Origin: Bacteroidetes bacterium UBA7692
GTDB taxonomy: Bacteria > Bacteroidota > Bacteroidia > Chitinophagales > LD1
DNA length: 64,000 bases
Assembly (NCBI GenBank): GCA_002482725.1
Contig: DLGO01000001.1
Coordinates: 856-64,855 of the forward strand
Reading direction: 5' to 3'
The notes below the pieces were generated by a model. That model was not told where the DNA came from. It saw only the letters and a program-made list of their open reading frames with translations, and ran no database searches. The translations under genes were made by a program, and so were the position numbers. Positions 10,872 through 19,760 of the stretch are shown here, piece by piece. Within the stretch, counting starts at the first letter, position 1. Every line of letters starts with the position of its first letter.

Positions 10872-11135
10872 TGGAAAAAATTAAAAATGACTAAATCTGC
10901 CCTGAAATACTACTAATGATATAAAGAAAAACTTTGACAGATTACTTTCTAACTAATAGGCTGCATTTCACGATGCGAATGTGAATATAACTTAATTAAT
11001 TTTAATTCCAAGCCCTGCGCAAAATTATTTTAAGGTTTTTTTATCATTGATTATCAAAGGGTTCACGTAAAATGCAGGTAGTCAACACTTCACAATGCAA
11101 CCAGAGGTGAATTTTTATCAACCAAATTTCCACAA

Positions 11136-13073
11136 TTATTCGAAAAACCTCCAGCGAACCCCTCCTTTGAAGGCAATATCCTGTGCCGGATACAGGTAAG
11201 AAGTGTAGTATCCTTTAGGTCCGAATTTAGAGCTTATATTCTCTACTTTCAGGAATATTCTTGCCCATTTTATTTTTAGGTTAATGAAGGCATCCAACAC
11301 CGGATAATACTTGAATTGCTGCTCATTTTGCACATAAAACTGACCCGTCAACGGGAAATAGGCATTGGAACTGAACTCGGTGTTGTACCTCAGGTCAAAT
11401 CCGAATCCCATCCATAGTGCTTTCTTAAAATACCTGCGCTCATAGAATATACTATGCCTTGTTACTACCATTGGTAGCCTTATTACATCTTTGTTTGAAG
11501 CCACCTGAAACCAGACATCATTGTCTACGTGTAACCCTTTCCACGCAAACCTGTTGCCGGCATGTACTACCAGTATGCTACTGTTGCGACCATCATAAGC
11601 CGGTGTATTTGGCGCAGAAAAATAGAAGTAGTTGTTGGAAAGCGTATAATTGGCATCGGCAAAGATTCCGTACTTATTATTTACATACTTACCTCCAAAA
11701 CTCAGCAGTGATTGCTTAGGGAAGTTAAGCTCCCATTGCTCGCTATGCGACTTGAATTGCTGGTTGATAAGCGGAGCCTCAGTAAGCGAATAATTGGCAT
11801 GCGCAGTAAGCACACCAAATTTTCCAAAGTCGTAACCAAACCAGCCGCCCAGGTGCAGGTCGTTTCTGTTATAGCCGCTCAGGTAGTATTTGAACTCGCC
11901 GCAATAGATAATGGGCAGGCGCACATTGGTATTGTTCCTGATCTCGCCACGTACATAGATATTGGCAAAGTTAGATTTCAGGTTATTCTGCGACATCATC
12001 ACATAGTCAATTCCCAGTGCCGCATTGGCCACCATGTTGATGTATTTTACCGTAGTGTCATCTTTCAGGAATTGACCGTGAAAGTCAAATTGCGCTTCAT
12101 TACCTATTTTGATATAGCTCAGTGAATTCTTCAATGAATCTGATGGTATGTAGAAGCTCTCATAGTAGGTGCTGTCGGGCTTGGCATCTGTATAGTTGTA
12201 TTTGTTCCTGCCGATATTAAGCCTGTAGCCTGCACTGAAGGTTGGTATAGTCTTTTTATAAGTGATGGTATCTGCCACTATCGTTTTCTTCTTGCCCAGG
12301 TTATACCGGGTATATAGGTACCAGTCAATGCTTTGGTACTCATTTACGGCACTTGTCAATCTGGTTTGCGCTAGGTTTTTGGTAAATAGGGTGGTGTCGC
12401 TGCCAAAGATATCCTCTGTCAATCCTCCGTTTTCCTTTGCCCGGAAGTTGTTGAAGAGCATGGTCGATTTAATCTCTACCACATTGCTCTTTGGGGCAAA
12501 AATACCATACAGCGAAAAGCCATTATCATTGGTGCTTTGGTTGGTATAGGTGCCTTTGGAGTTGATACGCGTAAAGTCGACTCCATAGAACAGCCGCTGC
12601 TTGCTTTGCGCGGCAAACTTGCCATTGAACATCTGCTCTGTTCCCTGCCCTATTACATAGCTCAGTTGGGTATATGGCCTTTGCGCTCTGTATACCCTGA
12701 TACTATCCAGGATGAACTTGTAGGCGTTGAACTGATTAAATCCAACATTAAAATCCTTGTCTGCAAATGGTGTGAATATCAGCGGAAAGGCTGCAGTTCC
12801 GGCATTCCCCAGATTGTAATATTCGGGGCCCGGCCTTTGCATTTGGTTGTACTCCTCCAGATTTACTATAGAGGTATCTATCTGGTAGTACTGCTCAGGC
12901 TTTCCCCAATAGTGCCATGTATCATTGACAGAATTCTTAACCTTGGTTGAATCATTTTTAGCCGCAAAAGCGCTTCCCCAGCACAATACCATAAACAGCA
13001 ATACCACTAGTCCGGGATATATCGAACTGCTGTTGTTGTTATTATCACATGGTATTGCCTTATGCATCTTCAA
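11136..13073 (-). CDS. putative outer-membrane porin / beta-barrel protein
   Basis: 645 aa with a signal peptide. It is rich in alternating aromatic and polar beta-strand patterns and ends in aromatic residues (...GGVRWRFFE), typical of Bacteroidota 'putative porin' family proteins. Confidence 0.65.
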   Translation of the reverse strand: MKMHKAIPCDNNNNSSSIYPGLVVLLFMVLCWGSAFAAKNDSTKVKNSVNDTWHYWGKPEQYYQIDTSIVNLEEYNQMQRPGPEYYNLGNAGTAAFPLIFTPFADKDFNVGFNQFNAYKFILDSIRVYRAQRPYTQLSYVIGQGTEQMFNGKFAAQSKQRLFYGVDFTRINSKGTYTNQSTNDNGFSLYGIFAPKSNVVEIKSTMLFNNFRAKENGGLTEDIFGSDTTLFTKNLAQTRLTSAVNEYQSIDWYLYTRYNLGKKKTIVADTITYKKTIPTFSAGYRLNIGRNKYNYTDAKPDSTYYESFYIPSDSLKNSLSYIKIGNEAQFDFHGQFLKDDTTVKYINMVANAALGIDYVMMSQNNLKSNFANIYVRGEIRNNTNVRLPIIYCGEFKYYLSGYNRNDLHLGGWFGYDFGKFGVLTAHANYSLTEAPLINQQFKSHSEQWELNFPKQSLLSFGGKYVNNKYGIFADANYTLSNNYFYFSAPNTPAYDGRNSSILVVHAGNRFAWKGLHVDNDVWFQVASNKDVIRLPMVVTRHSIFYERRYFKKALWMGFGFDLRYNTEFSSNAYFPLTGQFYVQNEQQFKYYPVLDAFINLKIKWARIFLKVENISSKFGPKGYYTSYLYPAQDIAFKGGVRWRFFE

Positions 13074-13074
13074 T

Positions 13075-13899
13075 TTACAGGCTTGCCAGTAGTTCTATGA
13101 TAAGCCTTGTAAGCTTTGGCTCGGCTTCTTTAGCTTTTTGTAAAACGAACTCATGGCTTACTTCATCTGCTTTTTCAAATGGATAGCCCATGTCGCTGAT
13201 TACAGATACCGCAAATACCTCCAGCCCGCAGTGCCTTGCGACTACCACCTCAGGTGTAGTGCTCATGCCCACTGCATCACCGCCAAGCAGGTGAAACATC
13301 CTGTACTCTGCCGGGGTTTCAAATGTTGGTCCCTGCACACCTACATATACACCTGCATGGCAAGTGGTATTGTGCTCCAGGGCTATATCCATTCCACGCC
13401 TTACCAGTTCGGGATTATAGGCGTTGTTCATATTAGGGAATCTTGGTCCTAGTTGCTCTTCGTTTTTGCCGCGTAGCGGATGGTCGGGTTGCAGGTAGAT
13501 ATGGTCGCGGATGATCATCAGGTCCCCTACTTCATAGTCTTCATTCATACCACCCGATGCGTTGGATATGAAAAGGTGGGTAATGCCCAGGGCTTTCATA
13601 ACACGGATAGGGAAAGTAACCTCCTGCATAGAGTACCCCTCGTAGTAGTGGAAGCGGCCGCTCATAGCTACTACCTGCTTGCCACCAAGTTCGCCAAATA
13701 CCAGTGAGCCTCCATGACCCTGTACTGTAGATACAGGAAAGTTGGGTATTTCGCTGTATGGTAGTTGAACGTGTATGTCTATTTCACGTGTCAGGTTTCC
13801 CAGGCCGGAGCCCAGAATAACACCGTATTTATACTCCTTTGTTATCCTTTTTTTTATGAAGGAAGCCGTCGCTTCTATTCTTTCTATCAGATTTTCCAT
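13075..13899 (-). CDS. purine nucleoside phosphorylase (trimeric PNP-I family)
   Basis: 274 aa. GSGLG, QGHGGSLVFG, RFHYYEG, GPRFPNM, GPTFETPAE and VGMSTTPE are PNP-I motifs. Confidence 0.9.
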   Translation of the reverse strand: MENLIERIEATASFIKKRITKEYKYGVILGSGLGNLTREIDIHVQLPYSEIPNFPVSTVQGHGGSLVFGELGGKQVVAMSGRFHYYEGYSMQEVTFPIRVMKALGITHLFISNASGGMNEDYEVGDLMIIRDHIYLQPDHPLRGKNEEQLGPRFPNMNNAYNPELVRRGMDIALEHNTTCHAGVYVGVQGPTFETPAEYRMFHLLGGDAVGMSTTPEVVVARHCGLEVFAVSVISDMGYPFEKADEVSHEFVLQKAKEAEPKLTRLIIELLASL

Positions 13900-13969
13900 T
13901 TGCTTTATTTCAATTCTTTATTGGCCTATCACATGCCAAAGATGCGTTTTGTACTGCTTCTATCAAAAA

Positions 13970-15004
13970 TCATTTTACGGATTGGATAAACGACCGTACA
14001 TCATTCAGTATCTGTTCCTCCCCACCAAACAGAAAGGAATAATGAACGGCTTGTACAAATACAGGGATATTATTTACCGCAAACCATTCTTTGTGAGGGA
14101 GCAATCGCATGGCATCTTTTTCGGTGGTCATTACTGCTACCTCTCCACCCATATTGCTTATGGTATCGCGTATGTTCTCCAGGTCGTATTGGTCAAATAC
14201 ATGGTGGTCTTTGTATTCCTTCATCACTACCTTGCCAAATCGTTGTGTTACATAATCCCTGAGCGGGGCAGGATTGGCTATGCCACACAGCAGCAATATG
14301 CTGCTGCCTTGTTTTAGCACTGCGTTATCACTGAATGTATATACGTTGCCATAGTTAAGGGATGCGAAATAGACATGCTGATACGGCTTGGGGTTTATCT
14401 CTTTTAGCAGCGCATCTCTTTGCTCTTTACTCAGGTTTTCAGGGCATTTGCTCACTACTATTATGTCTGCCCGGTGGTAATTTTCCTTAGCTTCCCTTAG
14501 CCAGCCGCGGGGGAAAATATGGTCCCTTGTAAATAGCCTGCTATAGTCAGTCACCAATATCTGCAGGCCGGGTTTTACAGCCCTATGCTGAAAAACATCG
14601 TCCATCAATATGGCATCAATGGGCTGGTCTATCTGCAGCAACCTTGGTATACCTAATACCCTGTCTTCTGATACGCTTACTGCCACTTCCGGAAACTTCA
14701 GCTTAAACAATAATGGCTCATCGCCTGCTTCCATAGCGGTGCTTGTGCGTTCCACCATTCTGAAGCCATGTGTTTTCCTGCCATAGCCGCGGCTCATTGT
14801 GGCCATGGCAAATTCCTGCCTTAGCTTAAAGAGCAGGAACTCTATCAGTGGCGATTTGCCGGTGCCGCCCATGCTTAGGTTGCCAATACCAATTACGGGC
14901 ACATTGAACTTTACAGACTTCAGCCAGCGCTTGTCATATAACATATTACGGAGGCCAGTTATGGCTCCGTAGATATAAGAAAGGGGTATTAAAAGTAAAG
15001 ACAT
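13970..15004 (-). CDS. lpxK: tetraacyldisaccharide 4'-kinase
   Basis: 344 aa. P-loop GNLSMGGTGKSP, RGYGRK and LMDDVFQH match LpxK. Confidence 0.9.
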   Translation of the reverse strand: MSLLLIPLSYIYGAITGLRNMLYDKRWLKSVKFNVPVIGIGNLSMGGTGKSPLIEFLLFKLRQEFAMATMSRGYGRKTHGFRMVERTSTAMEAGDEPLLFKLKFPEVAVSVSEDRVLGIPRLLQIDQPIDAILMDDVFQHRAVKPGLQILVTDYSRLFTRDHIFPRGWLREAKENYHRADIIVVSKCPENLSKEQRDALLKEINPKPYQHVYFASLNYGNVYTFSDNAVLKQGSSILLLCGIANPAPLRDYVTQRFGKVVMKEYKDHHVFDQYDLENIRDTISNMGGEVAVMTTEKDAMRLLPHKEWFAVNNIPVFVQAVHYSFLFGGEEQILNDVRSFIQSVK

Positions 15005-15014
15005 GGCTTGGGTG

Positions 15015-16046
15015 CTAGTATAGGTTTACCTCTGGTTCTATGGTTATGTTGAATTTTTCGCGCACGCTTTGCTGTATGGCCAAAGCAAGGTTGTATATCT
15101 CTTTGCCCGATGCGCCGCCATAGTTTACCAGCACCAATGCCTGTGAGGCATGTGAGCCTGTATTGCCTACGCGCTTGCCTTTCCAGCCACATTGTTCTAT
15201 CAGCCAGCCCGCGGGCACTTTGGTTTCAGTATCATTGGCAATGTAGCCTGGCATTAATGGATAGTATGCCTTTGTGTCTTGATACTGTTTTGTCGGTATC
15301 ACAGGATTCTTGAAGAAGCTCCCTGCATTGCCCAATACTTTAGGGTCCGGCAATTTAGAAGAGCGTATCCGTATCACTGCATCGCTTATGGCTTTCAGCG
15401 TGGGTTCAAATACCTTCATCTCTGCCAGTTGGGCTTCTATGTCGCCATAGCTCCTGTTGAAGTTATAATGCGGGTTCAGGTTCAGATCGTGTAGTCTGAA
15501 TGTAACACTGGTTATCACATACTTATTCTTCAGCTCTCGCTTGAATACGCTCTCCCTGTATCCGAAATGGCACTCTTCTTTGGCAAAGGTCCTGATATGG
15601 CCTGTCTTGATATCCATAGCCTCCAGCGACAGGAATACATCTTTTATTTCTACGCCATAGGCGCCTATGTTCTGCATGGGTGCGGCACCCACACAGCCGG
15701 GTATCAGCGACAGGTTTTCTATGCCGCCATAATTCTTGGCTATGCAGTATAGCACAAACTCGTGCCAGTTTTCACCGGCATTGGCTTTCACATCTACATG
15801 GTGGTGCAGCCTGTTTACTACTTCTATTCCCTTTATGGCGTTGCGCAATACCAACCCCTCAAAGTCTTTTGTAAAAAGCATATTGCTGCCTCCGCCCAGT
15901 ATCAGGATGTTTTCTGCAAGCAGTCCGTGCTTTACCAGCAATTCCTGTAGTTGTTGCACATCTGTTGCTTCGGCAAAGCTGCTTGCCCGTGCCTGCAGCC
16001 CGAAGGTGTTATATGGCTGTAGTTCCTTATTCTGCTGAATATCCAT
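15015..16046 (-). CDS. murB: UDP-N-acetylenolpyruvoylglucosamine reductase
   Basis: 343 aa. FAD-binding LGGGSNMLF, GIENLSLIPG, GAAPMQNIGAYG and GNAGSFFKNP match MurB. Confidence 0.9.
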   Translation of the reverse strand: MDIQQNKELQPYNTFGLQARASSFAEATDVQQLQELLVKHGLLAENILILGGGSNMLFTKDFEGLVLRNAIKGIEVVNRLHHHVDVKANAGENWHEFVLYCIAKNYGGIENLSLIPGCVGAAPMQNIGAYGVEIKDVFLSLEAMDIKTGHIRTFAKEECHFGYRESVFKRELKNKYVITSVTFRLHDLNLNPHYNFNRSYGDIEAQLAEMKVFEPTLKAISDAVIRIRSSKLPDPKVLGNAGSFFKNPVIPTKQYQDTKAYYPLMPGYIANDTETKVPAGWLIEQCGWKGKRVGNTGSHASQALVLVNYGGASGKEIYNLALAIQQSVREKFNITIEPEVNLY

Positions 16047-16069
16047 TGGCCCTTATTCTTCCGTTCTGC

Positions 16070-17626
16070 TTATTTCTTGCTCAGTTTTACTACCGGCACT
16101 ATCATCTCTTCCAGCGATATACCTCCATGTTGAAAGGTATTCCTGAAAAAGCTTACAAAGTGATTGTAGTTGTTCGGGTATATCAGGAATTTATCTTCCT
16201 TGGCAAATATGTAAGAAGAGGTCAATGAAGTCTTAGGCAGCATGATCTCTTCAGGATTTTTTACCGCATACACATCCTTCTCCTCAAAGTTCAGGTTCCT
16301 GCCTGTTTTGTAGCGGATGTTGCTGGTAGTTTGCCTGTCACCTATGCACTTGCTCGGGTCTTGTACGCGCACGGTGCCGTGGTCGGTCGTTATCAGCAGG
16401 TTAATATCTTTTTCTGCCAGTTTTTTCAGTGCGTTGTGCAGCGGGGAGTGCTCAAACCAGCTGGCTGCTATGGAGCGGTATGCCGCTTCGTCGCTTGCCA
16501 GTTCTTTCAGCACCTCCATTTCTGTGCGGGCGTGGCTCAGCATATCTACAAAGTTGTAGACTATGGCTGTTAGCTTATTGTTCAGGCTGTTCAGTATGTT
16601 GTTTTCCAGGGCCTCCGCATCGCGGTGGTTGGTTATTTTTATGTATTGGTGCTTTATGCTGTCGCGGAAGTTCCTGCCCAGTAGGTCGGTAAGAAATTCG
16701 CCCTCGTGCATGTTCTTCCCTTCCTCATCATCATCATATATCCATTTGTCGTTGAATTTCTTTTGGATCTCCAATGGCATCATACCGGCAAATATGGCAT
16801 TGCGCGAGTATTGGGTTACCGTCGGCAAAATGGCATAAAAAGTTTCCTCCTCGTCTATCCTGAAAAGGTTGGACACCATGCCTTGAATCGCTTTCCACTG
16901 GTCGTAGCGTAGGTTATCTATCAATAGCAAAACTGTCGGCTTGTCCTGTTTCAGCAGGTCAAACAACTTTGTTTTCAATAGTGTATGGCTCATAACCGGA
17001 GCATCAGGTCCCGGCTCTTTTTTCAACCAGTCTTTGTAGTTCTTTATGATGAACTTGTTAAACTCCCTGTTGGCTTCCTGCTTTTGGGCATCAAACACGG
17101 TTTTCATCTGCTCCGCATTAGATGCGTCCAGTTCCATCTCCCAGTATACCAGCTTTTTGTACAGCTCTGCCCAGTCTTTGTAGTCCAGCCTGTCCTGCAT
17201 GCGCATAAATAGGCTCTGGAACTCTTTCTGGTAGTTCGACGATGTTTTTTCTGTTACCAGCCTGTCATTGTCTATTATCTTTTTCAGGGTAGATAGCAGC
17301 TGCTGAGGCTTTACCGGTTTTATCAGGTAGTCCGATATCTGTGAGCCTATGGCATCTTCCATCAGGTTCTCCTCCTCGTTCTTAGTTATCATTACGCAAG
17401 GCAGACGGCTGTTCTTCTCCTTTATGCGCATCAGCGTTTCCAGTCCGGTCAGCCCGGGCATGCTTTCGTCCAGGAACACCACATCTATTTGTTCGGTATC
17501 TACCTTGTCTATGGCATCCTTACCATTGGTTACAGGTATTACGTTGTAGCCTTTGTCTTTCAGGTATAGTATCAGTGGCTTCAAAAGATCTATCTCATCA
17601 TCTGCCCATAGGATATTTATGCTCAT
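16070..17626 (-). CDS. porX: PorX-type response regulator (receiver domain fused to a PglZ/alkaline-phosphatase-superfamily domain)
   Basis: 518 aa. The N-terminal CheY-like receiver has ILWADDE, phospho-acceptor VVFLDESMPG and LIKP. The rest is PglZ-like (IDNLRYDQW, PTVTQYSRNAIFAG, NFVDMLSH, TTDHG). This architecture is characteristic of Bacteroidota PorX. Confidence 0.8.
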   Translation of the reverse strand: MSINILWADDEIDLLKPLILYLKDKGYNVIPVTNGKDAIDKVDTEQIDVVFLDESMPGLTGLETLMRIKEKNSRLPCVMITKNEEENLMEDAIGSQISDYLIKPVKPQQLLSTLKKIIDNDRLVTEKTSSNYQKEFQSLFMRMQDRLDYKDWAELYKKLVYWEMELDASNAEQMKTVFDAQKQEANREFNKFIIKNYKDWLKKEPGPDAPVMSHTLLKTKLFDLLKQDKPTVLLLIDNLRYDQWKAIQGMVSNLFRIDEEETFYAILPTVTQYSRNAIFAGMMPLEIQKKFNDKWIYDDDEEGKNMHEGEFLTDLLGRNFRDSIKHQYIKITNHRDAEALENNILNSLNNKLTAIVYNFVDMLSHARTEMEVLKELASDEAAYRSIAASWFEHSPLHNALKKLAEKDINLLITTDHGTVRVQDPSKCIGDRQTTSNIRYKTGRNLNFEEKDVYAVKNPEEIMLPKTSLTSSYIFAKEDKFLIYPNNYNHFVSFFRNTFQHGGISLEEMIVPVVKLSKK

Positions 17627-17765
17627 TGCTTGTTTTTTAGCTGTTAAGTTTCGGTACTGCTAATAAGGTAAAATAGAAGCAAATATTGTCTGCTGTTAAC
17701 AAATACTTACTAAGACCTTCGCGGTAGTGTAGTCTTAATCTGTTCACCAAACGGGCCAGTAGCCT

Positions 17766-18893
17766 TTAACCTATTGCCTCATCCAGGTTTGGCATGCCAA
17801 ACCTGTTCAGTGTGTTTATATGCGAGCGCACCGCCTGTAAAAAGGTTTTGTTCTCCATATACGGCACTCCGTATTCCGCTGCCGTTGCCTTTACTATTTC
17901 CGATATGGCAGGGTAGTGTACGTGGCATATTTTAGGGAACAGGTGATGCTCTACCTGATAGTTAAGCCCGCCTACATACCAGGTTACAAACTGATCGTCT
18001 TTAGAGAAGTTGACCGTTGTATTCATTTGGTGCACCGCCCAGCTGTTTTCTATATTGCCCGAAACAGGGCATGGCAGCGGGTGCGTGGTGCCTTCTACAG
18101 TGTGCGCCAATTGAAATACTATCGTCAGTACAAATCCGGCAATCATGTGCATGAGCATAAACCCGGCCAGCAAATGCCAGAAAGGCACTCCGAAAACCAG
18201 CGTAGGTATTGCCAGCATGGCTATTACATATACTACTTTGCTTACTACTATTTTCAGCAGTATTATCCTGCTTTTCTTTTCAGATTCTTTATTTACCCCA
18301 TTGGCAGTGTATCGTGCAAACTGGAAGAAGTCCTTTGCCAGCACCCAATAGATGGTCAGCAGGCTGTAGAGAAAAAAGGCATAGTAGCTTTGGTACCTGT
18401 GCACCGGCTTTACTTCGTTGTGCGGCGACATCCTGAGTGCCAGTTTGTCTGCTATATCCTCGTCCATGCCCACTACATTGGTATATGTATGGTGCAGCAG
18501 GTTGTGCTGTAGCTTCCAGTTAAATACCGATCCGCCCACCAGGTTCAGGGTGTGGCCCATCCAGTAGTTTACACTTTGGCTGGTAGAGTATGCTCCGTGG
18601 TTGGCATCATGCATTATGCTCATGCCTATTCCTGCCAGGCAAAAGCCCATGATGCTCCAAAGAGCAAGGCTTATGGGTAATGAGGGCTTGAAAATAAGGA
18701 TAAGGATAAAGGGAATAAGGTAGCCTGATAGCAACACTATTGTTTTTGCAATCATAGTGCTGTTCGCATGTCGCGAAATGCCATTTGCGGTAAAATATTC
18801 GTTTACCCTTTCTTTCAGTGTGTCGAAAAATAAAGTCTGACCCTTATTTACGAAACGGATTTGTTTTTTTACTTCCATTAATAAGTCGCGCAT
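17766..18893 (-). CDS. membrane fatty-acid (acyl-lipid/acyl-CoA) desaturase
   Basis: 375 aa. Three His boxes (HDANH, HNLLHH, QVEHHLFP) and multiple TM segments. The start could instead be the Met at 18878. Confidence 0.85.
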   Translation of the reverse strand: MRDLLMEVKKQIRFVNKGQTLFFDTLKERVNEYFTANGISRHANSTMIAKTIVLLSGYLIPFILILIFKPSLPISLALWSIMGFCLAGIGMSIMHDANHGAYSTSQSVNYWMGHTLNLVGGSVFNWKLQHNLLHHTYTNVVGMDEDIADKLALRMSPHNEVKPVHRYQSYYAFFLYSLLTIYWVLAKDFFQFARYTANGVNKESEKKSRIILLKIVVSKVVYVIAMLAIPTLVFGVPFWHLLAGFMLMHMIAGFVLTIVFQLAHTVEGTTHPLPCPVSGNIENSWAVHQMNTTVNFSKDDQFVTWYVGGLNYQVEHHLFPKICHVHYPAISEIVKATAAEYGVPYMENKTFLQAVRSHINTLNRFGMPNLDEAIG

Positions 18894-18993
18894 TTCGGTT
18901 GGCGCGTGCTCTAAACGTGAATATAGCTATTATAATATGCGTTCTGATCAAAATGTCGATTCTATGCTCATTTATTAACCTTTGCTTTATATC

Positions 18994-19760
18994 GCTGAGG
19001 GTAAAAATTGATGGTGTTTTCTGATGGTAGCTTTATGGGTGTGCTGGGGGTAAATTGATGGTGTTAAATGAGGGTATTTCTTGAGGGTAAATGATGGGGT
19101 GATTTTGGTTTGTGCTGAGGGTATTTTTATTGTTCATTTATTGCTTCCAGGTGTATCTGTTTAGGGCAGCTTTTGTCTTTAGAAAATTACTTTTTTTTGT
19201 CCGTTTTTTATCCCGGTAATATTCTTCTTAATAAATTGATTATCAGTATATCACTATGCTTTTTGGTCTTTTAGAAGATTATGCATTTTGGGTGATTTCT
19301 GTTTATCTCCAAATGCTTTTTTTGTCCGCTTGTCAAAGAAGGTGTCGCTGAGGGGGTAAAATTGACTTGGAGAGATGTTTTCTGAGGGTTTGTTTATTGT
19401 CCATTTATTGATTTCTGGCTTACCTGTTTAGTGCAACTTTTGTCTTTAGTCATTTACTTTTTTTTGTCCAATTTTTGTCCCGTTAATGCTCTTGTAAAAT
19501 AATTGATTATCAGTATATTAATATGCTTTATTGTCTTTTAGAAGAATACACATTTTGGGTGATTTCTGTTTACTTGCCAATGCCTTTTTTTGTCCGCTTA
19601 TCAAAGAGGGTAACGCTGAGGGTAAAATTTGACTTGTAGAGCTTGTTTTCTGAGGGTGTTTTTTAAGTGTGGCATTGAGGGTCTTTTATGTCTGTAAATA
19701 ATAGTTTTGCTGAGGGTAAAATAGCATGCTGCAAAGAGGGGAAACCTGAGGGTAAAATCA
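18994..19760 (+). repeat. same-orientation array of TGAGGGT(A/T-rich) words in a coding-free island
   Basis: Ten exact TGAGGGT copies start at 18996, 19069, 19082, 19116, 19383, 19617, 19651, 19676, 19711 and 19747. Variants are TGAGGGGGT (19349), TGGGGGT (19045) and TGATGGT (19009, 19022, 19057). All are on the + strand. Confidence 0.85.
19115..19649 (+). repeat. tandem direct duplication, two units of about 267 bp
   Basis: Unit 1 (19115-19381) and unit 2 (19382-19649) align end to end. Both run CTGAGGGT..TTTATTGT.CATTTATTG...CTGTTTAG...CTTTTGTCTTTAG...TTTTTTTTGTCC...AATTGATTATCAGTATAT...TTTTGGGTGATTTCTGTTTA...TTTTTTTGTCCGCTT.TCAAAGA.GGT..CGCTGAGGG. By eye roughly four fifths of positions are identical. 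Confidence 0.9.

Noticed and set aside
13775-14317. 180-aa + strand ORF
   Set aside because: It overlaps the PNP start region and the lpxK 3' half in antisense. It is Phe/Tyr/Ile-rich shadow-frame sequence.
16070-17626. PglZ domain as a marker of a BREX/phage-defence system
   Set aside because: The PglZ domain is fused to a CheY-like receiver at PorX length (518 aa). The neighbours are murB and a desaturase, and no pglX, brxC, brxL or methyltransferase genes are nearby.
18994-19760. Possible CRISPR array
   Set aside because: The repeated word is only 7-13 bp and the spacing is irregular (13-234 bp). The 'spacers' are themselves duplicated in the 267-bp tandem units. There are no palindromic 28-37 bp repeats and no cas genes in the window.
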